Assembly: GCA_028826165.1 (NCBI GenBank)
Contig: JAPDFW010000063.1
Coordinates: 310,001 to 374,000 of the forward strand
Reading direction: 5' to 3'
From: Anaeramoeba ignava BMAN
Lineage: Eukaryota; Protista; Anaeramoebae
Length of the DNA: 64,000 nucleotides
Under the pieces are notes generated by a model. The model did no database searches, was not told where the DNA came from, and worked only from the letters and a program-made list of their open reading frames with translations. Within the stretch, counting starts at the first letter, position 1. Each line of letters opens with the position of its first letter. Shown here in pieces: positions 39,908-51,600 of the stretch. A program made the position numbers and the translations under genes.

Positions 39908-42369
39908 ATGGAAAAGAAAATTCTTTCAAAACCTTTTAAAATTAAAGTTGAATCAGCAGGTTTTGAATGTGGAAATTATGCAAGAATTTATGTTAATTCA
40001 ATTAATTATTCACAAAATACAAGAGGATTAAATTTTGTTGTTATTGATCCAAAAGAAAGTATTATTTGGGATTCAGTGTAATTTAAAATCAAAATCAAAA
40101 TCAAAATCAAAATTAAAATCAAAATCAAAATTAAAATCAAAATTAAAATTAAAATTAAAATTTAAATTCAAAATCAATATTAAAATCAAATTCAATTCAA
40201 ATTCAAATTCAAAATCAAAATTAAAATCAATATTAAAATTAAAATTCAAATTCAATATTAAAATCAAAATCAAAATCAATATTAAAATCAAATTCAATTC
40301 AAATTCAAAATCAAAATCAATTTCAAAATCAAAATTAAAATTAATATTAAAATTAAAATTCAAAATCAATATTAAAATCAAAATCAAAATCAATATTAAA
40401 ATCAAATTCAATTCAAATTCAAATATAAATAAATTAAAATCAAATTCAATTCAAATTCAAAATCAAAATTAATAGTTCATATGATACTTATGATGGTGTT
40501 TCAGATTGTCACAATATGGCTAGATTTATTGATTCAATTCCTGAAGGTTTTATTGTTTTAGCTGCTGTTCAAGATGAAGCGACAGCTAGAATGAATGAAG
40601 AAGGAATAAATGCATTAAGAAAAATTGGAGCAAAAGATTATAATCCAGGAATAAGAGGTTCATGGGCAATTATTGGAAGAAAAGGAGCAAAACCAGATTA
40701 TATTTTACAAAAAACTGGGAATAGAAAAACTCCAGTTAAAGTAAATATTAAATATTTATAATAATATTTAATAATTAATAATTAATAATTAATAATTAAT
40801 AATAATAATTAATAATGAAAGATTGAAAATAAAGGATCACTTCAAGAAGATTTCCAAAAATATTATCAAAATCAACAAAATTGTGATACTTCATTCTCAT
40901 TACTTAATGGTTCAACTATGGCTCATTCAAAAATTATTGAAATGAGAATTGGAAATTATTCTTTTATTAAATTAAAAGAAGCTTCACCTAATATTGAAAA
41001 AGAAAATTTTGATATTTTTATGAATTGGATTTATTCTGGTGAAATACAAAATCAAGATATTATCGAAGGAATTTGTGATAAAATTGGAATAAATGAAATT
41101 AATGAAAAAATCAAAGAAAAAGTTTATTTTGAAGATTTTTCAAATTGGTATAAACAAGATAATTCAAAAGATTTTTCAATTTTTGTTGAAAATGAAAAAG
41201 TTTTAGTTCATAAAGATATGATATTTTCAAGATGTGAACTTTTTAGAGGAATGTTTCTTTCAGTTAATGATCAAACACCACAAGTTTCAGATTATAGTTC
41301 AAGATCAAAAGAATCTATTTCAGAATTTATGAAATTTTTATATACAAATGAAATTGATCAAAATCTTTCAAAAGAAATTTATGGATATTTATCAGATGCA
41401 CATGATTATTATGGATTATCTGAAAATTCAGGATTTCAATTTGAAATTGAGGGAATTCGTCTTTTAAATTTACCTTCTAAAAAAATTGAAAAAACTAAAT
41501 TATTAAAACCTTTTAATATTCAAGTTGAATCAGCAGGTTTTGAATGTGGAAATTATGCTATTATTATTGTTAATTCAGTTGATTATTCACCAAATACAAG
41601 AGGATTAAATTTTGTTATTATTGATCCTGAAGAAAGTATTATTTGGGATTCAGTGTAAATTAAAATCAAATTCAAAATCAAAATCAAATTCAAATTCAAA
41701 AATCAAAATAAAATTAAAATCAAATTCAAAATCAAATTCAAAATCAATTCAAAATCAAAATTAAAATTAAAATTAAAATCAAAATCAAAATTAAAATCAA
41801 AATCAAAATCAAAAATTAAAATCAAAAATTAAAATTAAAAAAATCAAAATTAAAAAAAAATCAAAATCAAAATCAAAATCAAAATCAAAATTAAAATAAA
41901 AATTAAAATTAAAATCAAAATCAAAATCAAAATCAAAATCAAAATCAAAATCAAAATTAAAATCAAAATCAAAATTAAAATCAAAATTAAAATCAAAATC
42001 AAAATCAAAATCAAAATTAAAATTAAAATTAAAATCAAAATCAAAATTAAAATTAAAATGAAAATCAAAATCAAATTCAAAATTCAATTTCAAATAGATC
42101 TTTTATACTTATTTATTGATTCAATTCCTAGATTTATTGATTCAATTCCTGAAGGTTTTATTGTTTTAGCTGCTGTTTTAGATGAAGCATCAAATAGAAT
42201 GAATGAAGAAGGAATAAATGCATTAAGAAAAATTGGAACAAAAAATTTTAATCCAGGAATAAGAGGTTCATGGGCAATTATTGGAATAAAAGGAGCAAAA
42301 TCAGGAGAAGTTTTAGAAAAAAATGGAAATAGAAAAACTTCAGTTAAATTATCACAAAAATTCAAATGA
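39908..42369 (+). CDS. ILEI/PANDER-BTB-BTB-ILEI/PANDER protein, copy 2 (last exon locally disrupted)
   Basis: Tandem duplicate with the same four-exon structure. The start of the last exon (42098-42150) has a lost base and a duplicated TTATTGATTCAATTCCT. Confidence 0.82.
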
Positions 42370-42918
42370 AATTCAAATCAAAATCAAAATCAAAATCAAA
42401 ATCAAAATCAAAATCAAAATCAAAATCAAAATTAAAAATTAAAATCAAAATCAAAATCAAAAATAAAATTCAAATCAAAATTAAAATTAAAATCAAAATT
42501 CAAAATTAAAATTAAAATCAAAATTCAAAATCAAAATCAAAATCTAAATCTAAATCAAAATTAAAATCAAAATTCAAAATCAAATTCAAATTCAAAATCA
42601 AATTCAAAATCAAAATCAAAATAATCAAAATCAAAATCAAAATTAAAATCAAAATTCAAAATTAAAATTAAAATCAAAATTCAAAATCAAAATCAAAATC
42701 AAATTCAAAATCAAAAATAAAATTCAAATTCAAATTCAAAATCTAAATCAAATTAAAAAATTAAAAAATTAAAAAATGAATTGGTTTGTTTTCTTGTTTT
42801 TAGAAAGATTTTTGTTCTTTTTTTTTTGGTTAAAAAAATTGAATTGAATTAATTTTGAAAATGAAATTGAACTAAATTGAATTGAATTAATCTTGAAATT
42901 GAAAATGAACTAAATTAA

Positions 42919-45481
42919 TTATTTTTTGTTTGGTTTAATAATTTGTCTTTGGAAATTTAAATCTGCTGCATCTTTTAAAAGTTGTGCATAATCTGAAAGT
43001 CTTTGTGTCATTTGGAAACTCCATTTATCTTTAACTTGTGTAATTAAATTCAAATCAACTTCTGTAACTAAAAGTCCATCTTGAATTCTTGATAATCCTG
43101 GTGTTCTTGTTCCATCAGGTCCAGCAACATAAGTTGAACCTTTTTATATTTAAATTAATTGTTTAAATTTAAATTAATTTTTATATTTAGATTAATTGTT
43201 TATATTTAAATTAATTGTTTATATTTAAATTAATTTTTTATATTTAAATTGATTGTTTAAATTTAAATTAATTGTTTATATTTAAATTAATTGTTTATAT
43301 TTGGATTAATTTTTTATATTTGAATTAATTATTTATATTTAAATTAATTGTTTAAATTTAAATTAATTGTTTATATTTAAATTAATTGTTTATATTTAAA
43401 TTAATTTTTTATATAAAATTTACCATAAAAATGACCAAAATCTTTATGAGCTTTTTGTCCATCCTAAGAAGAAAAGAAAAAAATTAAAATCAAACCAAAA
43501 TTGACAATTAAAAATTAAAAATACTCCTGATGTGAATTCATTTGGGAATTCTTCAGTTCCAATACGATTAATTGCTACAGTAAAATAGGAATTTGCAATT
43601 GCTGCATTTCTTGCTTCAATTGGCCATAACTATTAATTTTACAAATATTAAAATAATTTAATTAATTAACATGAAATTTGTAAATTAATTTATTAAATAA
43701 CATGAAATTTGTAAATAATTTATTAAATAACATGAAATTTGTAAATAAAATATTAAAATAATTTAATTAATTAACATGAAAGTTAAAAATAGGATTTATA
43801 CTGGTTCACTAAGAGCACCAAAGTTGCACTAAATTGAAAAATATTTTAAATAACATAAAATTTGTAAATTAATTATTTAAATAACATAAAATTTGAAAAT
43901 AAATTTTTTTTATTTTAATTTAATTAAAAACATGATTTTCAAATAAAAATACCTTCCATAACAAATATTAATTCCAACCTTGAAAATAAATTAAGTAAAT
44001 AAAATTAAATAAAAAGTAAATAACCAGTTTAATGGATGATGTCTGAAAAAAAATTTAAATATATTTTTATTTTAATTTTAAATAAAATTAAAAACATGAT
44101 TTAAAAATAAAAATACCTTAAATAAAAAGTAAATAAAATCCTTAAATAAAAAGTAAATAAAAGTAAATAAAAGTAAGTAAATAAAAGTAAATAAAAGTAA
44201 ATAAAAGTAAATAAAAGTAAATTTTACTTTCCAAATTCAGTATCAAAAACAGGATGACCAGTATTGCCTTTGTTTTTAGAAAAAGAATAATAAATGAATG
44301 AAAAATTAAGAGAAAAAAGTAAATTTTAAGATTACCTTCCATATAATAAGTTGATTCATTAAACTATAAAATTAAAATTAAAATTAAAATTAAAATTAAA
44401 ATTAAAATTAATATTAAAATTAATATTAAAATTAAAATTAAAATTAAAATTAAAATTAAAATTAAAATTAAAATTAAAATTAAAATTAAAATTAAAATTA
44501 AAATTAAAATTAATATTAAAATTAAAATTAAAATTAAAATTAAAATTAAAATTAAAAGTAAAATTAAAATTAAAATTATAATTAAAATTAAAATTAATAT
44601 TAAAAGTAAAATTAAAATTAAAATTAAAATTAAAATTAAAATTATAATTAAAATTAAAATTAAAATTAAAATTCATTTATAAAATTAAAATTCATTTATA
44701 AAATTAAAATTAAAATTAAAATTAAAATTAATATTAAAATTAAAATTAAAATTAAAATTAAAATTAAAATTAAAATTAAAATTAAAATTAAAATTAAAAT
44801 TCATTTATAAAATTAATATTAAAATTAAAATCAAAATTAAAATTAAAATTAAAATTAAAATAAATTTTTTACATCGCCAACTCGAGGAATATGATTCTTT
44901 CTATGATAACCAATAACTTCACCATGATTAGAAACAACAACAGCAGTATTCCAAATAATATCTTGATGTTGAGTATCTCTTTCAATAATAGGACAAACAA
45001 TAACCATATTAAATTGTTTAGCTAATTGACAGCAAAATTTAACGGACGGACCTTCAAACACATCCTGAGCAAATTGTAACCAAGGAAACTTCTCTCTTGT
45101 GCAAAAGAAGAACGGAGAAGGCCAGGATTCTTGAAGACAACAAACATTCACATTCATCATCGCTGCAGCTTCAATTAATTTCCCTATTTTTTTGTGGATT
45201 GCTTCAAGCTGTTCCAATATTGGCTTGTCCGTTGGGAGTACTATTGAGTTCTGGATCGCCCCTATACGCACAAGTCGCTTCTTTCGTGTCTCCTCTTCTA
45301 ATGCTGGTACGAACTTCCATCCTTTGATATCGAAGTTTGATTCTTTTGCGATCTTCTCAACTTCTTCTGGAAGTTCAATTTTTGTACTGGGTTTCCCATA
45401 AAGTATTCTGTAAGCTTCTTTACGATCGTTTTCGTCGGGAATTGTATCTAAAATTGCTTCAAGACTTTGAATTTTTTCCAT
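42919..45481 (-). CDS. UPB1: Beta-ureidopropionase (beta-alanine synthase, nitrilase family); central micro-exons disordered or missing in this sequence
   Basis: '[14 protein letters not shown]', '[11 protein letters not shown]|[10 protein letters not shown]|NTGHPVF', 'INICYGR', 'HHPLNW', '[13 protein letters not shown]', 'NEFTSG|[13 protein letters not shown]|GS..RTPGLSR'. Confidence 0.93.
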
Positions 45482-45706
45482 TTGAAATAAAAAATGAAAA
45501 ATGAAAAATGAAAAATGAAAAATGAAAAATGAAAAAATTTTTTTTTTGCTTTTTTAAAAAGAAAAAGAAAAGGAAAAGAAATTGAGAAAAATTTCCTTTC
45601 AAAAATAAATCTATTTATAAATCTCTTCTTTTGTTCTCTTTTAATTTAATTTAATTTATAATTTAATTTATAATTTAATTTAAAATATTTTTATTATTGT
45701 TTTTTT

Positions 45707-47164
45707 TTATTTATCAATTCTTGAAGAAAATTCAACTGGAAAACATTCCAATGTATTAATATCTACTAACAAAATTGTTTGTGTAATAAAAAAAGAAGGA
45801 ATAAATATTAATAACACCTTCTGATCTCCATTAATTTGATTTGAATATTCCACAATTTCATATTTTAACTTCTTTTGACAACCAGAAAAATAAACATGAG
45901 GACAAACATCCAAAATAAAAGGATCATTTCCAGAAAAAGGAAAACAAGGCAAAGTATCAGGAGAAGTTGGAGAAAAATGTGAGCATTCTAGATATCTTTT
46001 GAAAAGTTCAAATTTCAAATCAATAAATTTTAAATCATTTAAATCATTTAAATCATTTTGATTTTCATTTTGATTTTCGATATTTTTGACAGCTTTTGAT
46101 GGATCAAGATATTTCGCAATATCATCAATAATTTGCCCAGATTCTCCCGCAAATATTGTTTCGTCAATCTGAAAAAGATAAGGATTTGTTACTGTTTGCA
46201 TTGATTTATTTTTTAATGAATTTTTAAGTAGGCAAAAGTGGAACGGTTGTTGTGGAAGAGCCAGATTACTGGGATCCAAAAGACCAGGCATCAAATCCAC
46301 ATGCATTATCGAGGACACCTTTAGAAGGAATGAATCAAGTGAGTCGGTCTTGACAGAAATAAGACTTGTTTCTCGAAAACGTTGATTAAAAGAAGTTTTC
46401 TCAATAGATTGTGAAGAACATTTAGAAAGTGAATTCCCTGCAATAACAAGTCTAACAATTTCCGATTGAAGTTTTTGCTCCTTCGAATCACCAACAAATC
46501 CAGAGAGATAATCGACAAGAAGATCTATTGCGGTTAGGTCTGTTTCGGGGTCGCAGATCCTGAGATCCGAAACTAGAGCAACTAATTTCCTCGAATTGGG
46601 TTGAATTGAATTTTCAAGTAATTTTTGCCTGTTCAAACCTGGAAGGCAAATTTCCGTTACATAGAAAATTTCGCCATCGCCAATATTGCCAAGACAAGCA
46701 ACAACCATGCCAGTCACAAGGTATGTCATACATCCAGTTTTGTCGACTATTTCAATTCTCCCTTGTTGGTCTTCAAGAAAAAATTGTTCCGATTTTGAAT
46801 GATAGATATTGGATTCAATTTCGCTTATTCTATCGTCAATGATTCGCTGCTTGTTTGTTCGTAGTTCACGAAGAACACTTGGTTTGTTTGGTGATTCTTT
46901 GTAAATTACTCCTGTTATGACTGCTTTTGTTGTTGGATTTTTGGATGAAAATTCATTTAATTCTACAATATTTTTTAATATTTTTATATTTGAATTTGAT
47001 CCCCATTTTAATTTTGTTTGTTGTGTAAGAATTGGTTGTAGTTTTTTGAGTCTTGCTTGATATAAAAGATAGAATTGTTTATTTCCATATTTTTCAGTTG
47101 ATTTTCTAATTAAATGTAAATGAAGAGGTTTATAATTTGCATTTTTTCTTTTAATTTCATTCAT
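45707..47164 (-). CDS. POLD2: DNA polymerase delta subunit 2
   Basis: 'QFYLLYQARL', 'LEDQQGRI', 'IVRLVIAGNSL', 'VDLMPGLLDPSNLALPQQPFH', 'HFSPTSPDTLPCFPFSGNDPFILDVCPHVYFSG'. Confidence 0.95.
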   Translation of the reverse strand: MNEIKRKNANYKPLHLHLIRKSTEKYGNKQFYLLYQARLKKLQPILTQQTKLKWGSNSNIKILKNIVELNEFSSKNPTTKAVITGVIYKESPNKPSVLRELRTNKQRIIDDRISEIESNIYHSKSEQFFLEDQQGRIEIVDKTGCMTYLVTGMVVACLGNIGDGEIFYVTEICLPGLNRQKLLENSIQPNSRKLVALVSDLRICDPETDLTAIDLLVDYLSGFVGDSKEQKLQSEIVRLVIAGNSLSKCSSQSIEKTSFNQRFRETSLISVKTDSLDSFLLKVSSIMHVDLMPGLLDPSNLALPQQPFHFCLLKNSLKNKSMQTVTNPYLFQIDETIFAGESGQIIDDIAKYLDPSKAVKNIENQNENQNDLNDLNDLKFIDLKFELFKRYLECSHFSPTSPDTLPCFPFSGNDPFILDVCPHVYFSGCQKKLKYEIVEYSNQINGDQKVLLIFIPSFFITQTILLVDINTLECFPVEFSSRIDK

Positions 47165-47170
47165 TTTTTT

Positions 47171-47330
47171 TTTAAAAATGAAAAAAGGAAAAAAATGAAA
47201 AATGAAAAAATGAAAAAACCGTTAAAAAAAATAAAATTTTCTTCTTTTTTAAATTTTCTTCTTTTTTCTTTTTAAATTTTTTTTTTTCCGTTTTTTTTAT
47301 TTTCATTTTTTTCCTTTTTTCATTTTTAAA
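47171..47330. promoter_or_regulatory. Bidirectional promoter with a perfect 31-bp inverted repeat
   Basis: 47171-47201 is the exact reverse complement of 47300-47330 (TTTTCATTTTTTTCCTTTTTTCATTTTTAAA). Each arm lies just upstream of a divergent ATG. Confidence 0.7.
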
Positions 47331-47350
47331 TAAATTTAAATTTTAAATTT

Positions 47351-48538
47351 ATGGGAAATTCTCCAAAAAAATTAACAGAATTTTTAGAGGAAGAAGATTT
47401 TCCAAAAGATCAAAAATTATATGGATTTTCAAATATTGGAAATAATTGTTATATAAATAGTGTTCTTCAATCACTTTATCATTGTGAAAAATTTAAAGAA
47501 AAAATAATTGAATTCAAAAAAAATCAAACAGAAAATGAGAAAGAAACGTTTTTATTAGAGAATTTATTATCAGAATTATTTTGCAAAATCAACGATTCAG
47601 AAAAACAAATTGGATCAATTTCACCTTCAAATTTTGTGAAGAAATTTTTGAAAAAAACATCAAATTTAAGATATAGAAGACAAGAAGATGCGCATGAATT
47701 TTTTGAGACTTTAATGGATTCATTTGAACAATCGATCCAAAAATCGGATCAAATTTCGCAAAAAGGAAAACAAGAACTTTCTTTAATTTATCAACTTTTT
47801 TCTGGTGAAGAAAATTCTTTTATTAAATGTTTAGAATGTGGATCAATAAGAGGCCCAAATGTTAATAAATTTGTTGATATTCCTTTGGATATCTTCCTCA
47901 ATGAATCCCTTCAATCTTGTTTGAAAAGACGCAATCTTCCTGAAAAAATGGATGGAGATAATAAAATTTTTTGTGAAAAATGCAACAAAAATACTTCAAG
48001 TGAAAAATTCTCAAAAATTGTTAAATTCCCAAAAATTTTGGTTTTTCAATTCAAAAGATTCCAATTTACAATGAATCAAGGCCAAAAAAAATTGTTTGAA
48101 AAAATTCTTTTTCCTTTTGAATTAAAAGTAGAAGAAGTAATTGATTAATTTTAAAGAAAGAAGAAAAAGAAAAATTGAAAAGTTGAAAAATTATTTTTTT
48201 GCTTTTTTTTTTTTTGGAATTAGGAATCAAAAAAAGGAATTAAAACTAAACATTATGATTTAAATGCTATTGTTGTTCATATTGGAAAGTAAACAAATAT
48301 TTATAATTATATTAATATTTTTATTTTTTTAATTTAATATAAACAAAAATATTTAAGAACTATTAAAAGAGGTCATTATATTTCTTATTCAAAAGTTCAA
48401 GATAAATGGTTTTGTTTTGATGATTCTAAAGTCAGTTTAGCTGATCCAAATTTAATTGAATTTACTTTTGGTGTTTCTTCTTTAGAACCAAAGAAAAGAC
48501 AAACAAGTTATCTTTTATTTTATACAAAAAAGAATTAA
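47351..48538 (+). CDS. USP12/USP46-like ubiquitin C-terminal hydrolase
   Basis: Cys box 'GFSNIGNNCYINSVLQSLY', 'QEDAHEF', spliced His box 'YDLNAIVVHIG|KTIKRGHYISY..WFCFDD'; N-terminal MG. 3 exons. Confidence 0.92.
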
Positions 48539-48652
48539 AAAAAAGAATTTAAAAAAAAGGAATTTAAAAAAGGAATTTATTATTTTGATTTAATGAAAGA
48601 AAAATAAAGCAAAAATTTGATTTGCTTTTTTTTTTTCTTTTTTTAAATTTTG

Positions 48653-51600
48653 TTAATAAGTCATTCTTGATAAAACTTTTTCAAATCCATTTAAAACTTC
48701 CAATAATTTATCTCGATTTAAAGATTTCTCTTTCAAAACTTGGGAAACTTGAACAAAATATTTTTTAATTTCAAGATCTTTAATTAATCTACTTTTAGTT
48801 GCTCTTTCACAAACAGAAATTAAATTTGCCAAATTTTCATCCAAATTTTTTGACCAAAGAATAGATTCTCTTATTGATTCAAGTTCATTTTGAATCATTT
48901 TTTTCCATTTTTCAGGTGTTTTATCAAATTCAATAACAATTGAAGACAAAGTATTAATTTCTGACAAAAAGAACTTTAAGTATTCTTCAGCTTGATGCAA
49001 AGGAACTCTTAAGTTCAATTTAAGTTTAATATCATCAATTTGCTTCAATAACAATTTTACAACTGAAATCAAAGGAGAAAATGATTTGATAAAATGAGTT
49101 GCCAAACTGATTATTTTTATGACTACTTTTTCATAATCTCGAAATTCCAATCTGTTTGTAGATGTGACTAAATTGGACAATGGAACTAACGAACTAAATG
49201 CGTTCATTACATGCTTGAAATCCAAATTTGTTGGTAATTTTGACACTTCTTTCAAATGCTGGAAAGAAGCTTGAAATTTTGGTGCGAAATCTTGAAATTT
49301 TTCAAGATTGTATTTGAAATTGGAAAAACTCATTAAAGCTAGTTTGAATAGTATTGTTGAAAACTCATTCTCAATTTGTTCTTGATTTGGTAATTGGATT
49401 GAATTGTCAAATAATTGATTTGGACTTTTCCCAAAATTAGAAGCAAAATAATCACATGATTTATAATATATGATATGAAGTGCATTAACTAACTTTGTAA
49501 TTTTGATGATATTGTATTCTGAATTTTGTATTTTGTTCACAACCTGAATAAATGTGGAATCCATTTTATTTGCTTCTTTCGAAATGGAATTTGAGTTCAT
49601 TTGCTTGATTTTCATAAAAAGTGTATTCATTGTTGTAATTATTAAATTTAAAGATTCAGAAATTCCATCGTAATAAATTTCTTTGTGAATTTGATCGACT
49701 TCTTCTTTTTTCAGATTTGAAATGATCGAACTAATTTCTTCATCTCCATTCGATCCATTTTCTTTTTGGAAATTAAGTTTAAGCTTTTCAAATTCCTTAA
49801 TAATTGGATCTTGAATGTTTTCGATTTTTTTCATTTCAATTTCCCAATGATTTTCTTGTTCTTCTTTTTTTTCTTCTTTTATTTCTTCTTTTATTTCTTC
49901 TTTTATTTTAATCGATTCATCATTTGTTACGATCTCAATAATCTTTGAAATGTAAGAAAAAACTTCTCTTATTTTTCTTGCAATTTCGTTTGCTTTTAAA
50001 TTATAACGAATTAATGTACAAATGGATGTTTGGAATTTTTGGGAATATTCATTAAGTTTCTTTTGTAAAGTTTGATTAGAAAGTTGGATTTGAGTGGATT
50101 TTGAAGAAGAAATTATCAAAAAAGATGAATAAACTAAATCGGAAATTTTACTAAATGATTCCGATGAACTAAATTTATCAATATTATTTTGTATTTCTTG
50201 AATTTTGCTTTGAAATTTTTGACAAATGGTTGAAATTTCATGAAGTTGCAAATTTTCAATTGATTTTTCATCTTGATTTTTTTGCATATTTGAAACGAGC
50301 TCATTGAAAACTTTTTCAAGTGTTTTTGCTGTTTGTTGATATATTTCTGTGATAAAATTGGTTTTATTTTGGTGGAAAAATAGTTTTGGAATTGTTTGGA
50401 AATGATTTTGATTTTCTGAATCTGAAGAAAGAAAGGGAACAAAAATATTCTGAATTTGGAAGCAATTTAAGAATATTTTCCCTGAATTTTGAATTGATGA
50501 GAATATATCTTGAATATTTTTAGGAAAATCTGAGTGTTCTCGTTGAAAATTGACTTGAATAAGCAAATTATTAATCCATAATTCCAAATAATCACAATAT
50601 TCATGAATATTTTTTTGGTTTTTCTGACTAAATTGATTTATAACTATCATTTTTTTTTCTTTTTCAGGAATTTTAGGTTCATTTTGATAATAAACAATAA
50701 TCAAAAGATTGATTATTTGCGATTGAATCAAATCAAAAAGATTGTATGAGAGGAATTTTGGTGATTGTTTTTGTGATTCATTTTGATAAAATGAAGTAAT
50801 TTGAGAGCTAAAATCGATTTTGGAAAGGATATCTTCAAAAGAGTTTATTGAAGAATGAATATCATTTGCGATTGAAGAGGCATATTGGATCGAGTTGAGT
50901 AAATCTGTTGGCATTATATTCTCATTTGTTGTTTTCATGTTTTGTGATGAAATTTTGGATTCTATTAGAAAGGATAAATGAGAAATCAAATTTGAAAATG
51001 GAAGAAATTGCTTTTCAATTTTAATTCTTTCAATTTGACTAATAATTGGATTGGATGTATTTTCGTGTTGGTTATTTAAGTCATTTTGTTCGTTTTTAGT
51101 CAATGATTGAATTAGAAGAGAAGTTGCTTCGTTAATTTTCTCAATTAAATATTCATTTTGATGGAAAATCACTTTAATATCTCTCATTCTCTCTTCAATT
51201 TTAGATTTTATTTCCGTTGTTATCAAGGTTACAGATGAAATATCTTGAAGAATTGACGTAATTGTTTCAATTAATAAAACTAAAACTTGTCTAAATTTTA
51301 CAAGGAATTTTTTCACTTTCAAAATATAAAGTGGAAGTGATTCGTTTTGATCTTCTTCTGGGAATATAAGTTTTTTTTGTGCTTGAAATAGAAAATCTAG
51401 TATTTTATTGAAATCCTTATCAAACACTGATAAAACATCAACATCAACATCAACATCATTGGGAACATTTTCTTCATTATTGTTTTGAGGAATAGAAAGA
51501 GCAAGTTGAGTTGGATTTTTACCAACTGTTTGATTTGCTATTGGTGATGCTTTGGAAAGGTCTTGAAGAAAAGTTTCGACACTTGATGATATTTGTGGAG

